Positions 25,282 through 34,635 of a DNA stretch of 64,000 nucleotides are shown in pieces. Source of the stretch: Candidatus Saccharimonadota bacterium (GTDB lineage: Bacteria > Patescibacteriota > Saccharimonadia > Saccharimonadales > Saccharimonadaceae). The DNA lies in NCBI GenBank assembly GCA_003246575.1, contig QJZZ01000001.1:31978-95977 (forward strand), written 5' to 3'. The notes beneath the pieces are model-generated. The model searched no databases. It was not told where the DNA came from and worked only from the letters and a program-made list of their open reading frames with translations. The position numbers and the translations under genes were made by a program. Numbering within the stretch: the stretch's first letter is position 1; each line of letters begins with the position of its first letter.

Positions 25282-25445
25282 TGTTGACCATCGCCGAGCA
25301 AACCGCACTTTTATTCATCAACGCAGCGAGTATCGTGATTCTGCTCTGGATTCTCGTACTCGTTCACCGCCAAAATGCGAAGTTTCATCAGCTCAAAAAA
25401 GATATGGAATTACTGACAAAAGCACGAGAAGAGGAGAAGAAATAG
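25281..25445 (+). CDS. 54-aa single-pass membrane protein between groES and groEL
   Basis: Manual translation MLTIAEQTALLFINAASIVILLWILVLVHRQNAKFHQLKKDMELLTKAREEEKK*. ATG overlaps the groES stop; TAG ends 1 nt before the groEL ATG. Confidence 0.7.
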   Translation: MLTIAEQTALLFINAASIVILLWILVLVHRQNAKFHQLKKDMELLTKAREEEKK

Positions 25446-25446
25446 T

Positions 25447-27090
25447 ATGGCAAAGAAAGTATTTTACGATGATGATGCCCGCGCTCGCGTTCTCGGGGGC
25501 GCCAAGGCACTCTACGACGCAGTCAAGGTGACCTACGGACCAAAAGGTCGCAATGTCGTGATCGCAAAAGCCTACGGCGGACCAACTGTTACTCATGACG
25601 GTGTTACTGTCGCCGAAGGAGTTGAGCTTCCAGAAAACGACGACGAGACGCTCGGCTACAAAGTTGGCGCCGAACTCATCAAATCTGCTGCGAGCAAGCT
25701 CAACAAGGTGGCCGGCGATGGCACAACCACTGTTACCGTCCTGACCTACAATATTCTCAAAGAAGCAAACCGCCTGATTGCCGCCGGTCACAACCCTATG
25801 GAGCTCAAGCGAGGCATCGAAGCTGCTGGTGCTGAAATCGTCAAAAACATCGACGCCCTGAGCGAATCAATCGAAGGCAAGACTGAGCGCGTCGCCGAAG
25901 TCGCCACTATCTCTGCTGGGGACCAGGCAATCGGCAAACTAATTGCCGATGTCATGGAAAAAGTCGGCAAGGACGGTGTCATCACTGTTGAAGCTGGCCA
26001 AAGCCTCGAGATGGAAGCCGAGGTCGTCGAAGGATTTAGCCTCGACAAGGGTTGGGCAAGTCCATTCTTCGTCACCGACACTGGCCGCCAAGAAGCCGTC
26101 TACGACAAACCATCTATCGTTATCACTGACAAAAAGATCTCGAGCGCCCAAGAATTCCTTCCACTCATCGAAAAACTTGCCCAAGCCGGCCGTAAAGACA
26201 TCGTGCTCGTTGCCGACGAAGTCGACGGGGAAGCGCTCAGCATCCTCGTTCTCAACAAGCTCAAGGGTGTCCTCAACTCTGTCGTCGTCAAAGCCCCAAG
26301 CTTCGGCGACCGCCGTAAAGAGGTCATGGCCGACATGGCAACCCTCGTCGGAGCGCAGGTCATCTCTGAAGACCAAGGCCTGACATTTGAAAACGTCGGG
26401 CTCGAAGTCGTCGGTACTGCCCGCAAAGTCATCGTTGGCAAAGACGAGACTACTATCGTCGAAGGCGCTGGATCTGACGCGGACGTCAAAGCCCGTATCA
26501 CGCAGATTCTTTCCCAGGCCGAAAACGACTCAAGCGAATACGACAAAGAGCAATTCGAAAAGCGCGCCGCAGCACTATCTGGCAAAGTTGCCGTCATCAA
26601 GGTCGGTGGAGCAACCGAGACCGAAATCGACGAGAAGAAATTCCGCGTCGATGACGCAGTCGCTGCAACCAAAGCGGCCCTCGCCGAAGGTATCGTCGCC
26701 GGTGGCGGCGTTACGCTCGTCAATCTCGCTTCCCAGATGATAATCGACGGCAACGACAGTGAGGCAGCTGGCCGCCAAGTCGTCCGTGATGCACTCAAGC
26801 AGCCGTTTCTACAGATCACCGCCAACGCCGGCCTCAACTCTGAGGCGCTCCTCGCACAAGTCGAAGCAGCCAAGCCTGGCCACGGCGTCAACGTCATGAC
26901 CCCCGAAAAGGGCCTCATCGATGTCAAAAAAGCCGGCGTCATCGACCCAACTCGCGTCACCAAAGAGGCGGTTCAAAACGCCGTCAGTATTGCCAGCACC
27001 GCAGCAACCATGGGCGCGCTCGTTGTTGATATCCCAGAAAAGGAATCAGCAATGCCGCCAATGGGCGGTGGTATGCCCGGCATGATGTAG
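25447..27090 (+). CDS. groEL: Chaperonin GroEL
   Basis: GPKGRNV, AGDGTTT and GGM tail. Confidence 0.98.
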   Translation: MAKKVFYDDDARARVLGGAKALYDAVKVTYGPKGRNVVIAKAYGGPTVTHDGVTVAEGVELPENDDETLGYKVGAELIKSAASKLNKVAGDGTTTVTVLTYNILKEANRLIAAGHNPMELKRGIEAAGAEIVKNIDALSESIEGKTERVAEVATISAGDQAIGKLIADVMEKVGKDGVITVEAGQSLEMEAEVVEGFSLDKGWASPFFVTDTGRQEAVYDKPSIVITDKKISSAQEFLPLIEKLAQAGRKDIVLVADEVDGEALSILVLNKLKGVLNSVVVKAPSFGDRRKEVMADMATLVGAQVISEDQGLTFENVGLEVVGTARKVIVGKDETTIVEGAGSDADVKARITQILSQAENDSSEYDKEQFEKRAAALSGKVAVIKVGGATETEIDEKKFRVDDAVAATKAALAEGIVAGGGVTLVNLASQMIIDGNDSEAAGRQVVRDALKQPFLQITANAGLNSEALLAQVEAAKPGHGVNVMTPEKGLIDVKKAGVIDPTRVTKEAVQNAVSIASTAATMGALVVDIPEKESAMPPMGGGMPGMM

Positions 27091-27240
27091 TCCTCGCTAC
27101 GCCGCACTCAAGGAGCCGCCACGACGCGACTCCTTGTTTATTTTAGTAAAATATGCTATAATATATTCACGTACCTGGTAAATCGCTGGGACGAGTACCG
27201 GTTCTGTTCGTTGACGCGACAGAACAAGGAAGAAGGCAAC

Positions 27241-27693
27241 ATGTCCGCATCGGACATCAAATTCATGAAGACAGTCGCCGAAGTCATGGCGCTGCTGTCA
27301 AAGGAGGGCGTTACACTCAGCCATCTGCAGGCTGTCATCGACAACCCTGAGCGAAGGGCTGAGGTGGCCGTAGCTTTGGGCGCGACACCACCAAACTCCT
27401 TCCTCGAGATTGACCTAGAGATCTTGACAGATGAGCAACTGGTCCTCATCGTGAACGATATGGCTCGGGTCACACCCTGGCTTGGCAATGTCACACACGA
27501 GGAGGTCCGCATGGCCTTGCCCCGTCTCGGCAACATGCAACAGCAGCTCGTATGGAGGGTAGTTGGCATGCAAAAGACCCACGTAGCGGTTGCCGAAGAG
27601 ATGAACATTGCCACGAACCGCGCCGGGCGAAATGTCGGGTACGCTCTCGCCGCTATGGCACACGAGATTCAGCGGCATCGTTCCCGCGCGTAG
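27241..27693 (+). CDS. Hypothetical protein with C-terminal sigma-70 region-4-like HTH
   Basis: ALPRL...QQQLVW..VG.QKTHVAVAEEMNIATNRAGRNVGYAL resembles sigma4. Confidence 0.6.
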   Translation: MSASDIKFMKTVAEVMALLSKEGVTLSHLQAVIDNPERRAEVAVALGATPPNSFLEIDLEILTDEQLVLIVNDMARVTPWLGNVTHEEVRMALPRLGNMQQQLVWRVVGMQKTHVAVAEEMNIATNRAGRNVGYALAAMAHEIQRHRSRA

Positions 27694-27724
27694 CCAGCGC
27701 CCAATCCCAGCGACCATCCGGTCG

Positions 27725-27785
27725 AAGTCGTCGGAAATTCCGGCGCCCCCTCGGGTTTCGACTCGGGGGGTTACTTCTTTTTGCA
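27725..27785 (+). repeat. 61-bp double-hairpin repeat, copy 1
   Basis: 54/61 identical to 28692-28752; UUCG-capped stem plus a U-rich tail. Confidence 0.9.
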
Positions 27786-27877
27786 TATATCCTTCGTAAT
27801 TGACTTTGCGCTGTAAAATGCTATAATATATCGACCCTAACATCCGTTAGGCGTACATGCTCAGACAGGAGTGACGG

Positions 27878-28678
27878 ATGCCAAGTAACCGCGCCAAGCA
27901 GAGGCTGTTGGGCTTTATCCTTTCTCGAGGGGGAAGGATAACCTCGGGCCGCAACGACTCGCTACTGAGGTGGGTCTTCGAGATCACGGCTCGTGAGCGG
28001 TACGCTCATGAGCGCATCACCGAGCTCGAGACTGTGTTCACGGCACTCGAATCGGACGGAGACCTCGTCCTCGAGCGCGACGATCGCGGCAAGCTCATCG
28101 CTGCACACGTGGCGGAGACTGCCAACTTCGAGCACGCGGACCTCGAAGCAAGTATGTTCGAGACATCCGAACAGCTTTGGGTATTTCTCACTATCCTGAT
28201 GGCGAGAAACACCAAACTGCGCCAGCAGCTTGCTGCGAGCGGCGTCGATGAGGCACTTGCGATGGCGGCAGAGGCAGAGCACCAGCGCGACGCTGCCCTC
28301 CGAGAGCTCAACGAGCTTCGAGGTGCACTCACGAACATGCCAGGCCCAGCACCCGAGGAGCAAGAATCCTCGTTGTGCGAACGGCTTGCAGCGACTGAGG
28401 CCGCGCGTGCTACCGCAGTGTCGCGTTTCGAAAACCTCCAGCAGATGTTCGAGGAGGCGAAGGTAGGATGGGCGAAGGAGAAGAGCGAGCTCCGCGACAA
28501 ACTTTCCAAGCAGGGAAGTCGGGTCGCGGAGTTGGTGCGAAACCTCGAAGCGTATCGGGGAATTCACAGGATTGCGCTTACCGTAGCCACTGCGCTCGAT
28601 GATGCAGGTCTCCCGATTCCACTAGAGGTGGCACGAGAGTTGGCGATTTTGGAGCCTCTGCTCCCAGAGCGACGCTAA
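27878..28678 (+). CDS. Hypothetical coiled-coil protein
   Basis: AGGAG RBS, TTGACT/TATAAT promoter, long helical C-terminal half. Confidence 0.75.
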   Translation: MPSNRAKQRLLGFILSRGGRITSGRNDSLLRWVFEITARERYAHERITELETVFTALESDGDLVLERDDRGKLIAAHVAETANFEHADLEASMFETSEQLWVFLTILMARNTKLRQQLAASGVDEALAMAAEAEHQRDAALRELNELRGALTNMPGPAPEEQESSLCERLAATEAARATAVSRFENLQQMFEEAKVGWAKEKSELRDKLSKQGSRVAELVRNLEAYRGIHRIALTVATALDDAGLPIPLEVARELAILEPLLPERR

Positions 28679-28691
28679 AACAGCGGACAAA

Positions 28692-28752
28692 AAGTCGCCG
28701 GAAATCCCGGCGCCCCCTCGAGTTTCGGCTCGGGGGGCTATTTCATTTTGCA
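28692..28752 (+). repeat. 61-bp double-hairpin repeat, copy 2
   Basis: See copy 1. Confidence 0.9.
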
Positions 28753-28800
28753 CGAAAATACGCCACACCTTCGGTGGCGTATTTTTGAGTGTACTGCCGT

Positions 28801-29304
28801 CTATTTGTTCTGGCTAAGGAAGTCGATTTCCTTAATCACATCGAGAAGCGCCTGTGCGCGCTTGCTCTCGTCAGTGATTGCCATTGCTGCTTCGTGAGCC
28901 GGAGCGATGAGGTCCTTATCATCAGTTGAGCGAAGGAGGAGTAGGTAGATGTCAAACTTTTCGTCAGCATCGACATTGAGCTTGTCGACGAGTGGGCGCA
29001 GTTCGCCGAGGGCTTGCTGCTTGACGGCCTCGAGACCACCATCGGCTACAGGGGATGGAGCAACCGGCGCAGGTGGAGGCGTTGGCGCAGCTGGCGCTTC
29101 AACCTCAGGAGTTTCAGGGGCTTGAGCAGCATTGTCAACGGTGGGCATAGGTACCGCAGGAGTTGGCACCGCTGGTGCGTCTTGCGCCGCAGCTTCGTCA
29201 TTGACGCTATTTGCATCATTGCTAATTCCAGCAAGAACCTTTGCGAGCTCCTGATCGTCGCTAATAGGTTGCTTCTGGTCTGTTGGTTCGATATTCATGC
29301 CCAC
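28801..29304 (-). CDS. Hypothetical protein with Pro/Ala-rich linker and helical C-terminal domain
   Basis: 167-aa ORF followed by the AAAATACGCCAC...GTGGCGTATTTT terminator. Confidence 0.8.
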   Translation of the reverse strand: MGMNIEPTDQKQPISDDQELAKVLAGISNDANSVNDEAAAQDAPAVPTPAVPMPTVDNAAQAPETPEVEAPAAPTPPPAPVAPSPVADGGLEAVKQQALGELRPLVDKLNVDADEKFDIYLLLLRSTDDKDLIAPAHEAAMAITDESKRAQALLDVIKEIDFLSQNK

Positions 29305-29386
29305 CTCATATCATCGTAGTGTTTACGCTTACTTACTGCGTATTGTATCATAGAGACAAATAGCGAGACAAGAACGAAAGGGCACT

Positions 29387-30427
29387 ATGCTTGATGATAT
29401 CAATGTACTGAAACAGCGCGATCCGAATGGTTCGCTCGATTTTGCAACGCATATTGCTGCGTCTGCTGGCTGGCAACCGACTATCGCTGACGGCGAGTTC
29501 GAACAACGACCGATCACCTCTGTTATCATGGCAGGCATGGGTGGATCTGCACTCGCGAGCGATATCGCTGCACACATACTTGCCCGCGAGACACCCGTCT
29601 CATTTGAAGTTGTTCGCGGCTACGATATTCCCGCCTATGCCGGCATGAACACACTCATCGTCGTCGACAGCCATTCCGGTAATACAGAGGAGACGCTCAG
29701 TTGCTACGCCCAGGCGCGCGACCGCGGCTGTCAAATTGGCGTTATGGCAACAGGCGGTAAGCTCCTAGAGGTGGCACAAGCGGACAGCGTTGCGCACATC
29801 ACACTGCCCGCAGGTGGGCAGCCGCGCATGGCAACCATCATGCACCTTGCAGGCGTCTTCCATCTTCTCGAACACTTCGGTGTCATCAGCAAAAAATACC
29901 GCCGCGAAATGGTAGAATCTGTAGAATGGCTCACCGCCGAAGCCGCACCGTGGTACCGCGAAATTCCAACGCATCGCAACTACGCAAAGCAATTTGCCTT
30001 AGAAATTGTTGGCAAAACACCCGTGTTCTACGGTGGACCACTGACCGCGCCATTTGCCTACAAGCTCAAGATTAGCTGGAACGAAAATGCCAAAAACACT
30101 GCGTTTTGGAATCAATACCCAGAGTTCAATCACAATGAGTTCATCGGCTGGAGTTCACACCCTGTAGACAAGCCATTCTCTGTCATCGACCTCATTAGCG
30201 ACCTTGAATTACCACGCATCACTGAGCGCATGCGTCTGAGCGACAGACTCCTCAGCGGCAAACGACCAAAAGCTATGGAGCTACACCTACAAGGCGACAG
30301 CCTCATCCGCCAAGCACTCTGGATCTGCGTATTTGCCGACTTCGCTAGCATCTACACCGCGATCCTCAACAAAGTCGACCCTCAGCCAGTCGAGCTCGTC
30401 GAAAAGCTCAAAAAAGAACTCAGCTAA
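29387..30427 (+). CDS. Bifunctional phosphoglucose/phosphomannose isomerase
   Basis: GMGGSA, SHSGNTEET, QPR, NENAK and PEFNHNE motifs. Confidence 0.93.
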   Translation: MLDDINVLKQRDPNGSLDFATHIAASAGWQPTIADGEFEQRPITSVIMAGMGGSALASDIAAHILARETPVSFEVVRGYDIPAYAGMNTLIVVDSHSGNTEETLSCYAQARDRGCQIGVMATGGKLLEVAQADSVAHITLPAGGQPRMATIMHLAGVFHLLEHFGVISKKYRREMVESVEWLTAEAAPWYREIPTHRNYAKQFALEIVGKTPVFYGGPLTAPFAYKLKISWNENAKNTAFWNQYPEFNHNEFIGWSSHPVDKPFSVIDLISDLELPRITERMRLSDRLLSGKRPKAMELHLQGDSLIRQALWICVFADFASIYTAILNKVDPQPVELVEKLKKELS

Positions 30428-30562
30428 CCGCCTATAACGCAAGGTTTCGAAACGGGGCGCACCGAAGGTATCTGCAGCCCTGTTATTTCCTGAAGAATAT
30501 CAAGAAATAACAGGCGCGAAGCCGCCTGAGGTGTGCCTCTTTTCGTGACCGGGATGAAGCTT

Positions 30563-31780
30563 TTACCTATACTGCCTGAGGCTCTCGATAGGATCTTTTC
30601 GTGCTGCACGAATTGCCGGGTAGAGACCAAATATACCACCCACAACCACCGACACGCCGAGCGATGCAGTGATGATTTGCCACGTGAAGACTGGGGCGAA
30701 GTAGAGTCCGAGTGCAATCGTGAAGGCAAACACGACTCCCATAACTACGCCAAGAATACCACCTATCAAACTGAGCAGAAGTGATTCGATCAGGAATTGA
30801 GCCACAATCGTCAGATTGCTTGCCCCGACGCTCTTACGAATGCCGACTTCGCGCGTACGCTCCGCTACGCCAACAAGCATGATGTTCATGATACCGATAC
30901 CTCCCACGAGCAGAGAAATAGCTGCGATTGCCGCCATCACAATGGCTACCCAATGAAAGGTATTGCTCGTGATAGAGGTCACGTCTGTACCGTGCAAAAT
31001 CTGGAAATCTTGTTCACCATGCCGTTTCTCGAGCAGCGCCGTTGCTTCAGCGACGGCCTTGTTTAGGGTGTCTGTCGACTCAGCACGAATATTGATTTGC
31101 TGAATCTGCGAACGTCCTTGATTGAATAACTCACCCTTATCAAAATCGATCAGGATTGCGTGGTCAAAGTCGACGTTGTTGTAATTGACCGGGTTACTTA
31201 GCTTCTCGAGAACACCGATAACGGTGAAGCGCTGCTCGTGCGTCGTAAACTGCTGCCCGATAGGGTTATCGGTGCCAAAAAGATCGACTGCGATCTGCGC
31301 ACCAACGACAGCGAGATTGGCCGATGACGTGTCATCGAAGAATTGCCCCTGGTCGAGTGGGAGGTTAGTCGTGTCAGCAAGTTTCGACGTGGTTGCAACC
31401 ATTGTCGCCACCAGTGATTCCGACTTGGTCTGGAGTGTACCTTCGATCGTCATAATAGGCGCGACCGATAGGGAACTATCAAGGCGCTCGATAGCTGTGA
31501 CATCACCTCGTGTCAGACTGCTCGTGCCAAACTGCTGCGCGACGACAGGGCTCGTTAGGCCATTTGACGGAGTAAACCCGGGACGAACCACGGCAACATC
31601 ACCACCAATCTGCTGTATTTGTCGGTCGATAGCCGATGTCACGCCAGCGGCAAGCGCCAAAATCGTCGTCACGCTCGCGATGCCAATCGCCACTCCAATC
31701 GTCGTGAGGAGTGTTCGTCCACGATTCATACGGAGCGAATGGACTGCTGTCTCGAGATAATCACTGAATAGCGTTCTCAT
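30563..31780 (-). CDS. MacB/FtsX-like ABC transporter permease
   Basis: RTLLTTIGVAIG, GGIGIMNIML..V.ERTREVGIRKSVGA and DPIESLR motifs. Confidence 0.93.
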   Translation of the reverse strand: MRTLFSDYLETAVHSLRMNRGRTLLTTIGVAIGIASVTTILALAAGVTSAIDRQIQQIGGDVAVVRPGFTPSNGLTSPVVAQQFGTSSLTRGDVTAIERLDSSLSVAPIMTIEGTLQTKSESLVATMVATTSKLADTTNLPLDQGQFFDDTSSANLAVVGAQIAVDLFGTDNPIGQQFTTHEQRFTVIGVLEKLSNPVNYNNVDFDHAILIDFDKGELFNQGRSQIQQINIRAESTDTLNKAVAEATALLEKRHGEQDFQILHGTDVTSITSNTFHWVAIVMAAIAAISLLVGGIGIMNIMLVGVAERTREVGIRKSVGASNLTIVAQFLIESLLLSLIGGILGVVMGVVFAFTIALGLYFAPVFTWQIITASLGVSVVVGGIFGLYPAIRAARKDPIESLRQYR

Positions 31781-32604
31781 GACTTCTTCTCCTTTGCTGT
31801 CTTCTTGCTTCGCTTCTTTTTGGTCGCTTTTTTGGGCGCCAGCTCGCCCGATGCGGTTGTCTTTTTTGGTGTCCGCAACACAATCGTTTGCTCCTCGGAA
31901 ACAGCAGCAACACGAATTTTCTTGTCGCTCGCCACGCGTCCATCGAGCATATTGATAACCCGACTGGCATAGCTTGTCAGGTTCGGGTTGTGTGTCACCA
32001 TCAAAATCGTATTGCCACGGCGATGCAATTCTGCAAGTTCTTCCATGATGACATGGCTTGAGCGACTATCGAGATTACCCGTCGGTTCATCAGCAAGAAT
32101 AAGGGAAGGCTTGTTTACTAATGCGCGGGCAATCGCCACACGTTGCATTTGACCACCAGACAATTGATGCGGCAAGTAGTATTCACGCTCAGACAAGTGA
32201 AAGGTCTTGAGCGTTGCACTCGCTGCCTCGAGACGCTTGATATGGCGCATGCCGTGGTAGGTGAGGGGAAGGGCGACGTTTTCGATGACCGTCATACGAT
32301 CAATCAAGTTAAAATTCTGAAAGACTATGCCGATTTGCTCCGAACGAATCCGCGCACGTCGCCCACCAGAAAATCGCTCCACGTCGTCGCCGTCAAGGTG
32401 GTATTCGCCATCATCGGCGCGATCGAGGAGGCCGAGAACATTGAGCAAGGTCGTTTTACCGCAGCCAGACGGACCCATAATTGCGACAAATTCACCCGCA
32501 TCAATCCTGAGGTCGACGCCGTCAAGTGCACGATGCTCAGCGTCGCCAATCCCGTATTTTTTGACGAGACCATTCAGTTCAATGACAGGTTTTTTGGCAG
32601 GCAT
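31777..32604 (-). CDS. ABC transporter ATP-binding protein (MacB/LolD-like)
   Basis: [13 protein letters not shown] and [11 protein letters not shown] motifs. Confidence 0.95.
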   Translation of the reverse strand: MPAKKPVIELNGLVKKYGIGDAEHRALDGVDLRIDAGEFVAIMGPSGCGKTTLLNVLGLLDRADDGEYHLDGDDVERFSGGRRARIRSEQIGIVFQNFNLIDRMTVIENVALPLTYHGMRHIKRLEAASATLKTFHLSEREYYLPHQLSGGQMQRVAIARALVNKPSLILADEPTGNLDSRSSHVIMEELAELHRRGNTILMVTHNPNLTSYASRVINMLDGRVASDKKIRVAAVSEEQTIVLRTPKKTTASGELAPKKATKKKRSKKTAKEKKS

Positions 32605-32708
32605 TATCTCCTATTATGGTCACACTCACGCGCCAGAGCAACCATAACTGTGAAGTATTTTTTACAGATAGCGAAAGCCTGTGGTGATACGGTACAATGA
32701 GGGTATAC

Positions 32709-32798
32709 GGAGAGGTGGCCGAGTGGTTGAAGGCGCACGCTTGGAAAGCGTGTGTGCCAGCAATGGTACCGCAGGTTCAAATCCTGTTCTCTCCGCCA
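32709..32798 (+). tRNA. tRNA-Ser(GGA)
   Basis: Anticodon arm CACGC-TTGGAAA-GCGTG, long variable arm, CCA end. Confidence 0.97.
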
Positions 32799-32834
32799 TA
32801 TAAAATCCCGCGCAGCAGTCGCGGGCTTACTCTT

Positions 32835-33077
32835 TTAGATCAGAATAGAAAGAACGGCGACAAGGGCGATCGCCGCCCAGATGATATTGAGCAGCGCCGG
32901 CTGAGTTGCGCGTTTCGAGAGGGAAATACCGGCGAGCCCGGCCGCACCCGTCAGATTGAGCAGTTGATACACGATACCATCAGATTGAATCGCCTGAAAA
33001 CTCACGAGGCCATAGGCCAGCAGAATCGCAGCCATCCCATACCAGCCAGCTACTTCGAGAAGTGTTTTCTTTGTCAT
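32835..33077 (-). CDS. Small 3-TM membrane protein (CBU_0592-like)
   Basis: GW.G...IL.AY.L, YQLLNLTGA and LNIIWA pattern. Confidence 0.8.
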   Translation of the reverse strand: MTKKTLLEVAGWYGMAAILLAYGLVSFQAIQSDGIVYQLLNLTGAAGLAGISLSKRATQPALLNIIWAAIALVAVLSILI

Positions 33078-33095
33078 ACTACGTATGGTAACAGA

Positions 33096-34283
33096 CTACT
33101 GGGCTTTAGTCGTAGCCTGATTCAAAATCATAGTGCGCGTACGAACAAGTTGCTCATACGTCTTCATCATTTCATCAACAACCTGGTTTGCTGCAGCGAC
33201 ATCCAACTCACCGTTTTCATCCAAGAAAACACGCTCGATATTGTGCGGACCCGCAGGTAGAACAGCACGTCCCTGCAGAAGACCGTAGTGTTGCAAGCCG
33301 ATGATCTGCTGCCAAGGTGTCCATGTATCATGCGACTCCATGACAACCGGGCCATCAGTACCCTCTAGCAGCGGCAGTGTCGCCTGAATGGCCTCATCGG
33401 TGTTAGCTCGATCAGGTGCAGTACCATCTCGACGCTTGCGTTTAGGATTGACAGGGGCTTCGACTGCGCGAACCGTTATCGTGCGACCGCCGAGCTCGAT
33501 AGTGGCTTCACGCAATTTTGCTTTGACATCGTCAGAGTAGGGGACATCCTGTTCGATGACACCACCAAACGTCGCACCTGTCAGCTGTTCGACTGCTCGA
33601 ATCATTGCGTCAAACTCAGTATCACCAGCTTCGAATGGCTCTTTCATCTTGGTTTTTTCGGCATCACCCACGGGACGGATACCGGTGGCAAGAATGATCG
33701 TATCGGTTCGAATCGCACCCGATTCGATATTTCGCAGTGCATCGCGAACGCGCTTCACATTCGACATACCGGCAGCGCCGTTAATCACCACAGCAGCCGC
33801 CTCTTCATCAAGAGGCTCAAAATCACTATCCGTAATACCGATTTCTTGGTCGAGCGGATCAGTCGCCACACCAGGCTGCAAGCCGATGAATCCGAGCGCC
33901 TGAGCAGCCTCCATGATTTTCAATCGGTAGAGATGGTTACGACGCTCAAGGTCAGCTTCTACATCTGTCACATTAAAGTCGTGCTTAAGATTACTGTAGT
34001 CACGAACTTGTGCACCATTACGAGCATTGGCATCACGGAGCCCGAGATCATCTCGCACAAGCCCTGCGTCGTAGGTGGGGTCACTGTAGAGCTGGTCATG
34101 TACCGGTAGGGTATCGGAAAACTGCGTTTCGCCAACCGCGTACAGTTCATGCCTTGCCTCGAGTACGCCTTGCATCAGGGGAGCCATTAGCGCCAATTTT
34201 GCCTCAACCAACTCAAGCGGAAGTAAGCCTTTGCGATCAAGCGACGAGAGCGTATCGCGCTGCGGTTTTGGCTCAAAATTCAT
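33096..34283 (-). CDS. Hypothetical protein (395 aa)
   Basis: Long ORF with a globular-looking acidic sequence; no family recognised with confidence. Confidence 0.75.
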   Translation of the reverse strand: MNFEPKPQRDTLSSLDRKGLLPLELVEAKLALMAPLMQGVLEARHELYAVGETQFSDTLPVHDQLYSDPTYDAGLVRDDLGLRDANARNGAQVRDYSNLKHDFNVTDVEADLERRNHLYRLKIMEAAQALGFIGLQPGVATDPLDQEIGITDSDFEPLDEEAAAVVINGAAGMSNVKRVRDALRNIESGAIRTDTIILATGIRPVGDAEKTKMKEPFEAGDTEFDAMIRAVEQLTGATFGGVIEQDVPYSDDVKAKLREATIELGGRTITVRAVEAPVNPKRKRRDGTAPDRANTDEAIQATLPLLEGTDGPVVMESHDTWTPWQQIIGLQHYGLLQGRAVLPAGPHNIERVFLDENGELDVAAANQVVDEMMKTYEQLVRTRTMILNQATTKAQ

Positions 34284-34392
34284 GGGTATACATTAGCATT
34301 TTTGACTGGTTTTGTCAATCTAGAGCCTCGACACGATATCGTATCCGCAACAAACCAAAAAGAAAAGACCACCTTTGGTGATCTTATCTTTT

Positions 34393-34469
34393 TGGTACAC
34401 CCGACACGATTCGAACGTGTGACCTCTTGCTCCGCAAGCAAACGCTCTATCCAGCTGAGCTACGGGTGC
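34393..34469 (-). tRNA. tRNA-Arg(GCG)
   Basis: GCACCCG acceptor, anticodon loop TT-GCG-GA, GTTCGAATC, CCA. Confidence 0.93.
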
Positions 34470-34635
34470 ACATGGTTGATTTGTAAATACTTGAATGTAC
34501 CGTCGCAGTAGCTGGATAGAGCGTCACGCTATTACTTTCGAATACCGCTTCGCGCTATGCGCAGTCTGAGCTACGGGTGCGTACTTTCGTATTGACTCGA
34601 TTGAGTGTACCACAAACAGGGGTGCAGTGCAAGGA

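Noticed and set aside
27725..28752. 61-bp repeats as a CRISPR array or integron attC sites
   Set aside because: Only two copies about 900 bp apart, no cas or intI gene, and no attC core-site ends.
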